IMG/VR virus record: IMGVR_UViG_3300042467_002537
Direction: 5' to 3' (one strand)
DNA length: 64,000 nt
Source: a virus
Shown piece by piece: positions 11,531 through 22,417 of the stretch. Numbering within the stretch: the stretch's first letter is position 1; each line of letters opens with the position of its first letter. Made by a program: the position numbers and the translations under genes. The notes below the pieces were generated by a model that made no database searches, was not told the origin of the DNA, and saw only the letters and a program-made list of their open reading frames with translations.

Positions 11531-14187
11531 GGAAATACATCTCCCCCTATATAGACTCCTACACTTTTGGTTCTAGAAAAGCTGTTTCTGATTTAATAAT
11601 TTCAGCAAAGAAAGATAAAAGGAGTTTAGGTAGCTTAGCTAAAAACCTATCTTCTATGTCAAATTTGAATAGTTATAATGGCCTTTATATCAGGCCTTAT
11701 AATTTAGTTTCATTAGAAGCAATTATAGATTTCTTTAGAGATATAAATATTAAAACAAGACAATATTTTGATTCTTTAAATACCGTTACGTATGCGATGA
11801 ATAGTTACTCTAACGTAATGCATTCCGAAATAGCAAAGTTAGAAAAAAATATTCAAGAACTACAGATTTATGCAGACAACTTTGCTTTTATATCTGGTGA
11901 GGATGATTTGTTTAATGGTTCATTTGTTGAAACATTTTCTGATGATACCAATTCCTATATAAATGAAGGGCAACCTCTTGAATTAAAAGATAGGGATGGA
12001 AGTTCTTTTGACCAAAGCAAAATTTGTAAAGTAGATATAATTGCAGGGACTTTAAAAAACGGAAAACCTTTTAGGAAACTAGATACAAACCCTATAGTTA
12101 AAAACTATATTAATAATTATTCTAATTACATTTCGACTTCGTCTTCTATAGAAGATATTTTTTCTGAAAAAGCTAACAAAGCTTGGAATGTTACCATCAA
12201 GTCACCTCGAATAATATCTGATTCTTTAGTTGGGCTACAGGATAAGATTGGTTATTCTTACCCAGGAATTTCTGGGGCTCAAGCTTCTTTTACTATAGAG
12301 TTTTCAAAACCTGAAGAAATGAATTGTATAAGAATTTCTCCAAACATTGGAATTGATTTCCAGATTCTTCAAGTAATCATAAATAGCTCAAATGATTTGA
12401 CATTAAATTCCAGTAGTTCAATAGGAAAAGTACTTGAATCTCCATTGTTAATTGATTCGACAAAAGATATTTCGTTTAGTCACAGCACAGTAAGTTCTAT
12501 AGAGTTCGTTATCAGCCAACCAACTTATAAAAAAATAGATAGAAGAGCTGCTGCAGCAGAAATGCAAGCACGTACGTTAAATGATTACATTAAAAGCATT
12601 AGAAATAAAAGAGTCAACAAGCATGATAAGCTGCAAGATCTAGTTTATTCTTATTTTAACACCAGGAATGAAACATCTTACCTCAATACTAATAGCAAGT
12701 ACATGCCTATTAACTACTCTTATAGATACCCATGTGACGACACTGAACCAATTTATGGTTCATTGTCTTCTTTCTTAGAAGGCAAAAAATCGTTTGTGCA
12801 AATGGATATGGAAAATAGATTTAACTCTGCGGATCAGTTAACTAATCTTGTAGAGTCTGTTGTATCTCACGTGTTAGGTGGCAAGTTTAGAATGTCACCT
12901 AGTGCGTACTTGTCGGTTAAGGGTGACGATGACCCTCTATCTATTTCTGATATACAGCATAACGGCACGATGCATGTAGGAAGCCCTCAGGGCCCCCATG
13001 GAAAAGACGTGCAGGATCAAGAGCCACTTATGCACATGGCAGATAGATTTGATCTTAGCAGGTCTTCTTATTCTCTAGACAATATAGGATCTTATGAGTA
13101 TGGTTTTTCTATAAAGTCTTTAAAGTTTGGTTTAATACAAAACGATATAGCCACGTCTGATCAGATAAATTCTTCTAGTCAATCTTTGATGGGCAATGGG
13201 CTATCAAATAGCAAAGGCTATTACGTATCTAAGAAAATTAGTAGCGGTGGATTTATAAATCAAGTAAAATTAAAGTCAGAATATTTTATTCCAAAAACTT
13301 TAAACCAGTTATTAGACTTAAAGCAAACTGCTTCGATTGAATTTTCCGTAACAACAAAAAATATTCCAATACAAGAATCCGATTGGATACCAATCCTTCC
13401 TTATGGCACAACAGATGTATCAGCTGAAGTGCTGTACCCAAACGTTGGCACTGGTCTTTGTACATTACGCTTTTTCGCAAAAGCAAATTCAATCAAATTG
13501 TATAAAAATGGCATACTATTATCTGATAACTCTTTTAGGGTTGTAGGTTCTGAAAACATAAACAGTTTGCAAGTGATAACGCCAGATGCATCAAGCGTCT
13601 ATGTTGTTAGTTATTCAGTAGACGCCTCTTTCAAGGACCCAAATTTAATAGATTTTTCTCAACTTTCTATAAATAATTTTTATGTGAGAAGCTATTCGGA
13701 CCAGTATGGCCTAGGAGAAAAACTTTCTACACAGGGCGTTGAGAATAGAGCCATTCTTTCATCTGATCCATACATAGATTATTCAAAGTTTAATGGGTAT
13801 GTATACTCAGCAACTTCGGGAACAATAGGTTACGACCCAAGCTCTAACTACTCAGAGTATAGTCCAATAAGTGTTATACTAGAAGATGGAACACCGGCTA
13901 TCAATTTAACTAATTATCTTTCTAATAAATATATTAAGTATTCTAACCCATCTGATAGCCAAACCCAAACTTACTTTATACAAACAGGAAAAACACTTGC
14001 CTTCTCTAAAAAAACTACCAACTTTAAAGCCTATTACGACTACATGCCTGAATCCCTTAGGTACAAGGTAGTTATAAGAACACTTGATCCCGCAACGCCA
14101 AACAGTGCGTTCGTGGATAACTTAATATTAAAATTCCAAATGAAAAATACAGATCAATTTGTTAATAAACTATTAAAGGTAATATAA
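11527..14187 (+). CDS. Phage structural protein, unknown function
   Basis: 886 aa, ATGA overlap with the previous gene, collinear with the structural module. Confidence 0.6.
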   Translation: MRKYISPYIDSYTFGSRKAVSDLIISAKKDKRSLGSLAKNLSSMSNLNSYNGLYIRPYNLVSLEAIIDFFRDINIKTRQYFDSLNTVTYAMNSYSNVMHSEIAKLEKNIQELQIYADNFAFISGEDDLFNGSFVETFSDDTNSYINEGQPLELKDRDGSSFDQSKICKVDIIAGTLKNGKPFRKLDTNPIVKNYINNYSNYISTSSSIEDIFSEKANKAWNVTIKSPRIISDSLVGLQDKIGYSYPGISGAQASFTIEFSKPEEMNCIRISPNIGIDFQILQVIINSSNDLTLNSSSSIGKVLESPLLIDSTKDISFSHSTVSSIEFVISQPTYKKIDRRAAAAEMQARTLNDYIKSIRNKRVNKHDKLQDLVYSYFNTRNETSYLNTNSKYMPINYSYRYPCDDTEPIYGSLSSFLEGKKSFVQMDMENRFNSADQLTNLVESVVSHVLGGKFRMSPSAYLSVKGDDDPLSISDIQHNGTMHVGSPQGPHGKDVQDQEPLMHMADRFDLSRSSYSLDNIGSYEYGFSIKSLKFGLIQNDIATSDQINSSSQSLMGNGLSNSKGYYVSKKISSGGFINQVKLKSEYFIPKTLNQLLDLKQTASIEFSVTTKNIPIQESDWIPILPYGTTDVSAEVLYPNVGTGLCTLRFFAKANSIKLYKNGILLSDNSFRVVGSENINSLQVITPDASSVYVVSYSVDASFKDPNLIDFSQLSINNFYVRSYSDQYGLGEKLSTQGVENRAILSSDPYIDYSKFNGYVYSATSGTIGYDPSSNYSEYSPISVILEDGTPAINLTNYLSNKYIKYSNPSDSQTQTYFIQTGKTLAFSKKTTNFKAYYDYMPESLRYKVVIRTLDPATPNSAFVDNLILKFQMKNTDQFVNKLLKVI

Positions 14188-14188
14188 A

Positions 14189-16700
14189 ATGGCACAATTC
14201 TCTCCAAACACAGTAGGCTATGACAACGCTGTATATAAAATATCAGGTTTTTTTGATAAGTACTATAATTCAGGTTTTAAAACTCATGAAGAATTCTTAA
14301 AAGAATACCAAATACTCTTGCAGTCTGTTTCTGGTTCAGCTGGAAATGTTATGACTAACTATGAGCCTGTCACAAAACGGACAACCACCAAGGTCTGCGC
14401 ATTTAAATAAGTACGCAACTGATATAAGCGCAGACTCAGCTGTAGTAGCAAAACAAATAGACTACTTGTCATCAAAAACTATATCTACTTTTAATTTATT
14501 TTCTTCAGAAATAGAAAAAGAATCAAACTTTCTTGAAAGAATAAATTCAAAAATCAAAGTTCTTCAACTATATTCTAAGAGTTCAAGCGAAGACATATAT
14601 TACTACGGCGATTCTTTTGACAACTTTGATAACATAGATACATCAGCTAAGTATGATCTTCCATTAGCTTCTACCGTAGATGGTTTTTTGAGCTTGCCTG
14701 TTGTCGATAGCGCAGTGTGGTCTATAGACTCAGTAGACATATTAGACAAAGACGAGAACGGGAATAAACTTTCTAATGGGTTTTTGGGCAACAGCCACAT
14801 GGCTATCCAGGATACTACCATCACAACACAGGCTCTTGCAAACACTGCTGCTTCATATAAGTACCTTTTTGAAGGCGGTAAGTCGCTTAACAATGTAGCC
14901 TATGCATACAGGGACAAAAATCCTGATACATATTTTGAATATGAAAAACTAAAAGTTACCAACCCAAGAGGTGCCAGCCAAGACTATGAGTTTCAATATA
15001 AAAATAAAATAAACAATCAAAATTTGATTTATCAATGGAATAACTCTGATGATAGTCCTTTGAAACTGGTACTTCAAATATCTAAAAGAGGTTCTGCTCC
15101 AGCAAATAGTCTTTCTATAACGCCATTTTTTGGGTATGACGAAATAAATATTACTCCAATTAAGATAATATCTATAATAGTAGAGACAATTGATCCAGGC
15201 TTTGAACCAAAACAAGAGATACTTAGCTCGCCAATCACCGTAGGGCCTACAGCTATACCAACATCCGTAACCGATTCTAATAACTTTTTCTTTAAAAAAG
15301 CTGTCATTAAATTTGCAGAAAGAAATGTCTCGAAAGTAACTGTTACAATTGAACAGAGCTCTTCTGCTGGCGTCAACATCAAGCATGCCTATTGGACAGT
15401 TGCTTCAGTCAATGCAAACTATGAATTTTCTGCAACAGATTATGTATCGTTTGGTGCAGATAACAAGCCTGTTCCAGAAGGTATTTGGTCAAGTTCTTCA
15501 AGGTTTAATCCAAGCTTGATATACAATAGATCAACTATATCAAGTATAACTGGCGTAGAGTCATCGCTTGACAGGTTGATACCAAGCATATCAAACCCAA
15601 CAGAAATAACTGGTGGGTCAGATCTATCTAGAAGAGTGACTATTAGCGGTGTGCAGGATGTCCCGGTCACTTATTATGTTATGAAAGTTTTTGATAAAAA
15701 GAAAAACAAATATGTTTACGTTGAGGGCCTTAAACCTTTTTCAACTCAGGCTGAATACGATAATGAACTTAGGCAAGTTCCTTCAGGTTCAACTCCATTT
15801 ATCAATTGGTGGCCCGCAACTAACGAAATACTAGGATATGATACGCCAGCTAACGCTGGTTCATCTGGGGCTGCCAAAGCTTTTTATAGTTCAACCAATA
15901 TTAATGATCCAAAGTATGATGCAATCTTAAGGCCATTTTTTGCAAACCCAAATTATATACCAGCAACACCAGGATACGGTGTTGCCCCAGATGTATATGA
16001 ATGGTGGGCTTTAAAATACAAGCTTACTGGTGTAGAAAAAAATTCAGGTTTTAAGGGAACCGCCACTCCATCTTACTACCTGGGGCAAAGATACACCATT
16101 ACAGAAAACGAAGCCAATGTAGGAGAATTAATTAAAGCAGAACAATCCCAAAAAATAACAAAACCAAAAGTCCGATACAATATAAACTTAAATAAAAATT
16201 ACGAGATTATTAGGGATGGCGCTAGTATAAATGACCAAACAGTCGCAGCTAAAAGATGGTCTATAGGGTTAAGGGATATATCGGTAGGCAATGAATTGTA
16301 TAATACCTCGGCAGAAATAATTTCCAAACCTTTTAATTTCCCATACCCAGTAGAATACTTGATGCTGTACTCTGACTACACCATCCCAGTTGCTGAAATG
16401 GCAAATGAGTTTTCAGAACAAACTGAATTTATAAGTTACTATATTTCAGTAGAAGGCAAAGACGGCCCCTGGCTGCCGATATCTCCTGTTGAAAATCCAT
16501 TTAATTCAAATGTACCAGAGATATATTCGTTCAGCAAAAATGTTTCAAGTGAATTGAGAATACCTGGAATAGCTTATATAGATACTACTTCAGAGATAAA
16601 CTCAGTAAGAGTAAGAATAAAAATTAGAAAACCAAATGTATTGAACGGCACACCGCTTATAAATTACTACCAATTAGCAGCAAAGGTAAAGAGAGCATGA
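14189..16700 (+). CDS. Phage structural protein encoded across a +1 recoding site (ORFs 14189-14410 and 14361-16700 fused at CGGA 14378-14381), predicted about 836 aa
   Basis: ..CCT GTC ACA AAA CGG ACA ACC ACC AAG.. TAA in the upstream frame; skipping C gives AAA-GGA-CAA-CCA-CCA-AGG-TCT (TK-G-QPPRSAHLNKYATD). The upstream ORF has an AAAGG ribosome-binding-like sequence. Confidence 0.7.
14378..14381 (+). other. Candidate CGGA quadruplet / +1 frameshift site 2
   Basis: In-frame CGG-A inside the only shared open window (about 14355-14407). Confidence 0.8.
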
Positions 16701-18919
16701 TAGAGGACATACAAAAAGCTAGGTTTTTAAAAAACCTCTATAAATTAAATTATTCTTATGGAAAACTTCTTGATGAAAATTCATTAAAGAAAGCATACTC
16801 TGAGTACTTTAGAGCAAACTCGCCTGGTGCCCCTATTGAAATTAACCCAGAGATCTTAAGATCACAAAACGTAACAAACGTAGATGATTTTAATTCGATG
16901 ATGTTAAAAACAATATTTAATATGGACATACTCTACGATGCAAGTCATGAAGCAGTAGAAGATATGTTCCAGACCGTAACATCGATCAATAACAGGATAG
17001 ATAACCTAAGATCTAAAAGAGCTACTTTAGAGAAAAAAATTGATGATTTAATATTTAATATAACAAATTCAGATGGTTTCTATGCGTCCTTTACCGAAGA
17101 ATTTACAGACATAACCTGTATAGACACAAAACTATCATCAGTATACTATGACAAAGAATCTCGTAGCTTAACTCTATCAAGCGTAGAATCTGGATCATTT
17201 AATAGACCTGGCAACCAAGGTAGCACAGCTGCTGCGGTATCTTACACCGTATATGAAAATGGAACTTCTTCAGTAACAGCAAGAGATATCGGTGCACATT
17301 CTACAAACATTTTTGATGGTTTAAACGATACAAGTTGGAGTTATACCCATAGGTCTACTCAGCCAGCTATAGTATCCATGCAGCTAGATATAACTCCAAT
17401 GTCTGGAGAAATTATATCAAAAGTTTTTGGAAGGTTATCTTCAGATAAGCCGGTAAAAGTTTTAGCTCATATATCTGGGGCGACAAATCAATCAAGTGAG
17501 CCACTGGTCTATTCTGGTCAATCAGAAAAAGACTTTGATAATTTTGTTTTTAATTTCGAAAGTACTTCGCCAACTTTAGTAAGTCTTTTTTTAATAAAGA
17601 ATGAACCAGATAGAGTTACAACTTCTAACTCAGGAGCTTCTTACGAATATGATTTTACTATAAGAGATATAGTATTCTCTGGTCCATATTACGAAACATA
17701 CGGTTCATACGTTTCTAACCCTATATCTTTAAACTCTATAGATAATACAAAAAATATAATAGATGGGGTATCGATAGACCTCATTAGCCAAAACACTAGC
17801 GTTAATGCGATAGACCTTTTTGTAGCAAAAAATGTCGAAAATGCTTCAAGCATAAACGACTACGCTTGGATACCAATCTCTGCACAAAATACTTTGAATA
17901 AAACTAACCCAGACGTAGTAGACTTCCAGGGTTCTAATCTTGTTTATTCTACTATTGTAGAATCATCATCAGAGTCCACCAGTTCGGACACTTTAAAGTA
18001 TTTTTCTACTCAACCATTTACAAACATACCAGGACTTGAGGGTATATCAATTTACAAAGTTGCAAAACTTAACCCGCAAATACAATATTCTGAACCAATA
18101 ATCTTAGAAGGGTACAATAAGTTTTCTTGGTATAGGACAAGTTACAAGCAAAATTTATCTAAGTCTTTATCAAGATGGAAGAATGAAATAATTCCAGACC
18201 TAGAGTCGAACAACGTTATAGCCTCTACGGAAGATATGTCTTCTTCTCCTATATTTTGGACTGCGCCCAACTTAAATGATGGCGGAAGTGTTCTTATAAG
18301 TTTTGAGATTTTAGTTTCTTCCGATGTAAAAATTAATAAAACAATACTAAAGAACGATGATAACTCAGCTCTTTGGGATATGTCAGTTTACGTAAACGGG
18401 GTGCTTGTAAGGAACGTACTGCCTGGCCAATACTCCGACGAGATAGAGTTAAATCTAAAATCAGGAAAGAACAGTATAGCGATAGCAATCGATGCTGCGC
18501 CTAGGGTTACCTCTGGTTCAACTGGTGGGCTATACGGATCGATGACGCTGTTGCAGGGATCTAGAATAACTGACTACGGTATGGTATATCAAAACTATCT
18601 ATCCTTGATCAACCCAGAGCTATTCAAGAACAACAACAATACGATCAATGCATCTTTTGCAATAAAGAAGATAGATACAATTGACTATGTTATATCTAAT
18701 AAAAAAATAACTCCAGGGTCTAGAATGTATTATTATGTCAACAACTCAAACAACGATGTTTCCTCAATTAGAATAAGGGCAGACTTTAGTAGGCCAATTG
18801 GTGATCCAAAATCTACACCAGCGATTACATCCTATAAGGTTAAGTTTAAGAGATCAGACAACGTAAAAGACGCTGCAAGAAAAACAGCTACTGACATCTT
18901 AAGAGGAAGGTCGAGTTAA
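16697..18919 (+). CDS. Phage structural protein, unknown function
   Basis: 740 aa, ATGA overlap, collinear in the structural module. Confidence 0.55.
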   Translation: MIEDIQKARFLKNLYKLNYSYGKLLDENSLKKAYSEYFRANSPGAPIEINPEILRSQNVTNVDDFNSMMLKTIFNMDILYDASHEAVEDMFQTVTSINNRIDNLRSKRATLEKKIDDLIFNITNSDGFYASFTEEFTDITCIDTKLSSVYYDKESRSLTLSSVESGSFNRPGNQGSTAAAVSYTVYENGTSSVTARDIGAHSTNIFDGLNDTSWSYTHRSTQPAIVSMQLDITPMSGEIISKVFGRLSSDKPVKVLAHISGATNQSSEPLVYSGQSEKDFDNFVFNFESTSPTLVSLFLIKNEPDRVTTSNSGASYEYDFTIRDIVFSGPYYETYGSYVSNPISLNSIDNTKNIIDGVSIDLISQNTSVNAIDLFVAKNVENASSINDYAWIPISAQNTLNKTNPDVVDFQGSNLVYSTIVESSSESTSSDTLKYFSTQPFTNIPGLEGISIYKVAKLNPQIQYSEPIILEGYNKFSWYRTSYKQNLSKSLSRWKNEIIPDLESNNVIASTEDMSSSPIFWTAPNLNDGGSVLISFEILVSSDVKINKTILKNDDNSALWDMSVYVNGVLVRNVLPGQYSDEIELNLKSGKNSIAIAIDAAPRVTSGSTGGLYGSMTLLQGSRITDYGMVYQNYLSLINPELFKNNNNTINASFAIKKIDTIDYVISNKKITPGSRMYYYVNNSNNDVSSIRIRADFSRPIGDPKSTPAITSYKVKFKRSDNVKDAARKTATDILRGRSS

Positions 18920-18926
18920 GTATTTT

Positions 18927-19325
18927 ATGAAAAATTATTTTTATAATGAGTTTGATAAAAGCCAAAATATATTTCAACCGATCTTGCAAAGATCAAGGCA
19001 AATATACAGAGGACATAGAGAATCTGGTAAGATAAACTTAGAGCAAGATCAGTTCAAGATGGACGTGTCTCGATTAGAAGCCAGGATACAGGGAGCTTCA
19101 TCACTCCTGAGGGTTATGTCGGAAGTTGGCTATCATCATAACTCTGCTACCCCTTTAACTAATGCAGCAACTCCATTCTTTAATGCGCAATACAGAATTT
19201 TTGGGCAAGGCGCAACACCTTCCTCAGCAGAACAAACGGTTTTTACAGAAGATATATTAGAATTAAGTAGTACTTTAAATAGAATTCTAAATAAGATAAA
19301 AGCCCTAGAAAATCAGGAGAAATAA
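18927..19325 (+). CDS. Hypothetical structural protein
   Basis: 132 aa ORF tightly packed between structural ORFs. Confidence 0.5.
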   Translation: MKNYFYNEFDKSQNIFQPILQRSRQIYRGHRESGKINLEQDQFKMDVSRLEARIQGASSLLRVMSEVGYHHNSATPLTNAATPFFNAQYRIFGQGATPSSAEQTVFTEDILELSSTLNRILNKIKALENQEK

Positions 19326-20594
19326 ATGTCAGAAGAAATATACACCCAAAAGAGAACTAACCAATATGGTGGTAATTACTCATCAGCAGACTATAACAAA
19401 AGGGTTGAAGAAAATTATCAAGACTTAGTTTCTTTGTACAATAAGTACAACATAATAGACACCAAGATTGAGTCAAGCTTTAATAGGATCATAACCGATC
19501 ATATTTTCTTGTCCCAAGCAGTCAAAGATGTTTCTGACAGATTAAAGGCTTTAGAGGCTAATGAAAAAATGATAACGCTTCATTCATTTAGTCAAATTGA
19601 TAATGGAAGATTCTCTGGCACAGATTTGGCAATAGGTATATCTGAGCAATTGTCGTTTAATTCTATCTATAACTTTGTGACGCTCCCGCTTATTTCTGGG
19701 CCTTCTATTTCAATTATGAAAACATATAATACATTAGGCGAACAAGTTATGCCTAACTATATTAACCTTCGAGTATCCCCAATTAACTCTTTGGACGCCC
19801 CAGGTGCAAAAATTGATACCACTCCACCTTACTACGCTTTGTATGATAGAGCTGATAGGGTTTGGAAAAGATCGATTATCTCCGATACCCAGTCCGATAC
19901 TGGAGCCCTTACGTATCTTTACATTAAAGTTCCAAACGCATCTTCGAATTTAAAAATTAACAACTTAAGGTTTAGCCCTTACCCGGTTAACTCAGTAGAT
20001 ATACTATCTGTTGAGTATACGCAGACCGCTAATCCATCTTTAACTTCAGGTGATTCTTGGAGAGCATTAAATGTTAATGGTCTTTATAATAATGATCCCG
20101 ATGCAGTAGGGTACGTAGCCCCTGGTGGTTGGAGTAACAATCAGGTTTCCGACGCAATAATGAACTCTGGACCTCTTTACTTTAATTGCACTATAACCAA
20201 GACCGACAATAAGCCAATAACTGGCTTTAGAATCCAAATGAGACAAAGAAATTATATAAAAGAAAATGGTAAATTTATTTACACCTATGGCCTGTCTGAC
20301 TTAGACATTAGAGCAGACAAGTACATGCCACAGGGCAAAATGTTCATTAAGTTTGTTGCTCCTAAGGACACGTTGATTTTTAATGTTACGGGTGTAACGC
20401 CAAAGATATACAATGTTCCGCTTAGCTTAACGCAACTTGCCTTCAGCTCAAAAGTATATTATCCAACTGCAGGTGGAGGCTACAGCCAAACCCCACAGGG
20501 GGGCTCTGCTTTGATTTGGCTGGAAATAACGATGAACGAATTAGACGATGGTACGATTCCTATCCTGTCTGATATTATGATTAAATACAGTTAA
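19326..20594 (+). CDS. Phage structural protein, unknown function
   Basis: 422 aa ORF with an N-terminal helical segment followed by beta-rich sequence. Confidence 0.55.
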   Translation: MSEEIYTQKRTNQYGGNYSSADYNKRVEENYQDLVSLYNKYNIIDTKIESSFNRIITDHIFLSQAVKDVSDRLKALEANEKMITLHSFSQIDNGRFSGTDLAIGISEQLSFNSIYNFVTLPLISGPSISIMKTYNTLGEQVMPNYINLRVSPINSLDAPGAKIDTTPPYYALYDRADRVWKRSIISDTQSDTGALTYLYIKVPNASSNLKINNLRFSPYPVNSVDILSVEYTQTANPSLTSGDSWRALNVNGLYNNDPDAVGYVAPGGWSNNQVSDAIMNSGPLYFNCTITKTDNKPITGFRIQMRQRNYIKENGKFIYTYGLSDLDIRADKYMPQGKMFIKFVAPKDTLIFNVTGVTPKIYNVPLSLTQLAFSSKVYYPTAGGGYSQTPQGGSALIWLEITMNELDDGTIPILSDIMIKYS

Positions 20595-20652
20595 TCTACG
20601 TCAGGCTAGTTACTATATAATACATATCAAATAATTTTAAAAGGAGTTTTAA

Positions 20653-21276
20653 ATGACAACGTTCTATGTAGGACCTAGACCAGTATTAAGAGGCCAAAAT
20701 TCCAAAGATATGGTGAACCCATACGTCTCAATGACGGGCAAAGCCAAGTCAACGGGCACCTATTCATTCTACCCACTGTATGCTACTAGCCAACTGTTGA
20801 CTGGTGCACCAGACAATGACCACACACCAGGAACCGGTAGACACCCAGGTAACGTACTTCTTTCGCAGATTCTTAATGGGACTGCGCTCTATGTGCACCC
20901 ACTTTCTGGGACATTTGCTGATGGTACGGCAACATACGCTGGCGCAAGATTCAAACCACAGGAATTCAAGGGTCTAAGCTCAGCCAAGGCACTTGATGGG
21001 GGCCATGCAGTAGACCGCGCAAGCGACTATGCCCTCTACAGTAATTATAAGTTTGATGGCGTTGCTTCAGCAGAAGCATTTGCTAACCTAGGACACGCTG
21101 TTGGTAGAACAACCGGCATGGCAGCTTCTTTCGGTTTGTTTAGACCAACTGAGCTTAACGGAGTACCAAGTGCTGCAGTTTTCACCAGCGGTTACGGTCA
21201 AGCTAACGTAGTAAGCGACTATGGCAGATACAAAGTACAGGAATACAAAGGTGTACCGTCTGCAAAGGCTCTCTAA
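20653..21276 (+). CDS. Small putative virion protein with degenerate internal repeats
   Basis: AAAAGGAGTTTTAAATG ribosome site. Repeats FKPQEFKGLSSAKAL / YKFDGVASAEAF / FRPTELNGVPSAAVF / YKVQEYKGVPSAKAL. Confidence 0.6.
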   Translation: MTTFYVGPRPVLRGQNSKDMVNPYVSMTGKAKSTGTYSFYPLYATSQLLTGAPDNDHTPGTGRHPGNVLLSQILNGTALYVHPLSGTFADGTATYAGARFKPQEFKGLSSAKALDGGHAVDRASDYALYSNYKFDGVASAEAFANLGHAVGRTTGMAASFGLFRPTELNGVPSAAVFTSGYGQANVVSDYGRYKVQEYKGVPSAKAL

Positions 21277-21550
21277 CTATTATAAAAACCCTGTATCTTT
21301 AGAAAAACAAAAAGATACAATCTCTGGCGACTATGCTTGGCTTGTTTTAGCTACATCTATAGCAGCATATGACATCTATGCAATAAAAAGCAAGAAAGCG
21401 GAAACTCTTACTAAAGCTTTTTGGAGATTCACAGAGAAACCATCAACTTCAGTGGTAGCATATGCTGCGTGGGGTGTATTAACAGCTCATCTGTTAGCAG
21501 AAAAAAAGATAAGAAAAAACATTTGGAAAGATAAAGATCTGGAAAAATAG
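21221..21550 (+). CDS. Hypothetical small protein; start uncertain, possibly a +1 extension of the preceding ORF
   Basis: GDYAWLVLATSIAAYDIYAI...VVAYAAWGVLTAHLLAEKK. Overlaps the upstream gene by 56 nt with no ribosome site. Confidence 0.5.
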   Translation: MADTKYRNTKVYRLQRLSNYYKNPVSLEKQKDTISGDYAWLVLATSIAAYDIYAIKSKKAETLTKAFWRFTEKPSTSVVAYAAWGVLTAHLLAEKKIRKNIWKDKDLEK

Positions 21551-21617
21551 TCACGCTACAATCCCACTAATCAGTTAGCGCCTTGATATACTATACGAGG
21601 CATGAACATTAGTTATC

Positions 21618-21644
21618 TAAGTCCCGTCGCCTAGACGGGACTTA
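21618..21644 (+). terminator. Strong hairpin, likely terminator
   Basis: TAAGTCCCGTC-GCCTA-GACGGGACTTA, 11 bp perfect stem, 5 nt loop. Confidence 0.7.
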
Positions 21645-21688
21645 CTTATTTATACGGTTACTTTATATGTTTTTCTAATTTTAGACAG

Positions 21689-22399
21689 GTGGTTATGGTG
21701 TCAAAAAATTTACTTGAAAGAGTCATAGCAGAAGACGCTATGCCCATAGAACTAGCAGAAGAATATCTTAAGCTATATATAGCAGATGTAGAGTGGTCAG
21801 AACACATACAAAAGCTATGGGGAAATTTTTATAATAAGAACAAGAACGAAGAGCAATCAAAGGCTTTAGTTAAAAGAGCAGTAAGCTGTGCTATACTGCT
21901 GCCTGGTATGGACAACACTCAGATACCAGACCCCCCTCACTCTTTGTTATTTTGGTGTACAGCTTGGGCACAATTTTACGAACGCGATTGGTTTGAACTA
22001 TTCAAAGAAGTAGTGACAACTGATATAGAGATTAAAAATAATAGAAAAAAAATAATAGAACTAGGTGTAATAGACCCAATCGACTATTCGCCAATGACGC
22101 GACAAGCTTTTAATTGGCTGTACGATAAAGCGGATTCAAGCGGTTGTATAGACGCAAGTAACAAAGATCTAGTTGCGCAAAAGCTTAAGAATCTTGTTAC
22201 AATATATGGTGGAGCTGTAGTGTCCAGTATATTCATAAGCCACAAAGGTCTGTTACCAAAGGTAACCAACTGGAGAAGCGGCTACTTTTTCGAGAAACAG
22301 ATATATAAAGTATACAATTTAGAAAAAATACTTAAGATAAAAAAAATGGAATTAGCAAAAACAAATCCAAAATACGTGAAAACATACCAGAATAACTAA
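21689..22399 (+). CDS. Hypothetical protein
   Basis: 236 aa ORF directly upstream of the ribonucleotide reductase. Confidence 0.5.
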   Translation: MVMVSKNLLERVIAEDAMPIELAEEYLKLYIADVEWSEHIQKLWGNFYNKNKNEEQSKALVKRAVSCAILLPGMDNTQIPDPPHSLLFWCTAWAQFYERDWFELFKEVVTTDIEIKNNRKKIIELGVIDPIDYSPMTRQAFNWLYDKADSSGCIDASNKDLVAQKLKNLVTIYGGAVVSSIFISHKGLLPKVTNWRSGYFFEKQIYKVYNLEKILKIKKMELAKTNPKYVKTYQNN

Positions 22400-22417
22400 A
22401 ACAAGGAGACATAAAAA

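Noticed and set aside
14949-15386. Antisense ORFs 14949-15386 and 15074-15382
   Set aside because: Antisense to the 14189-16700 structural gene; mutually overlapping and without recognisable motifs.
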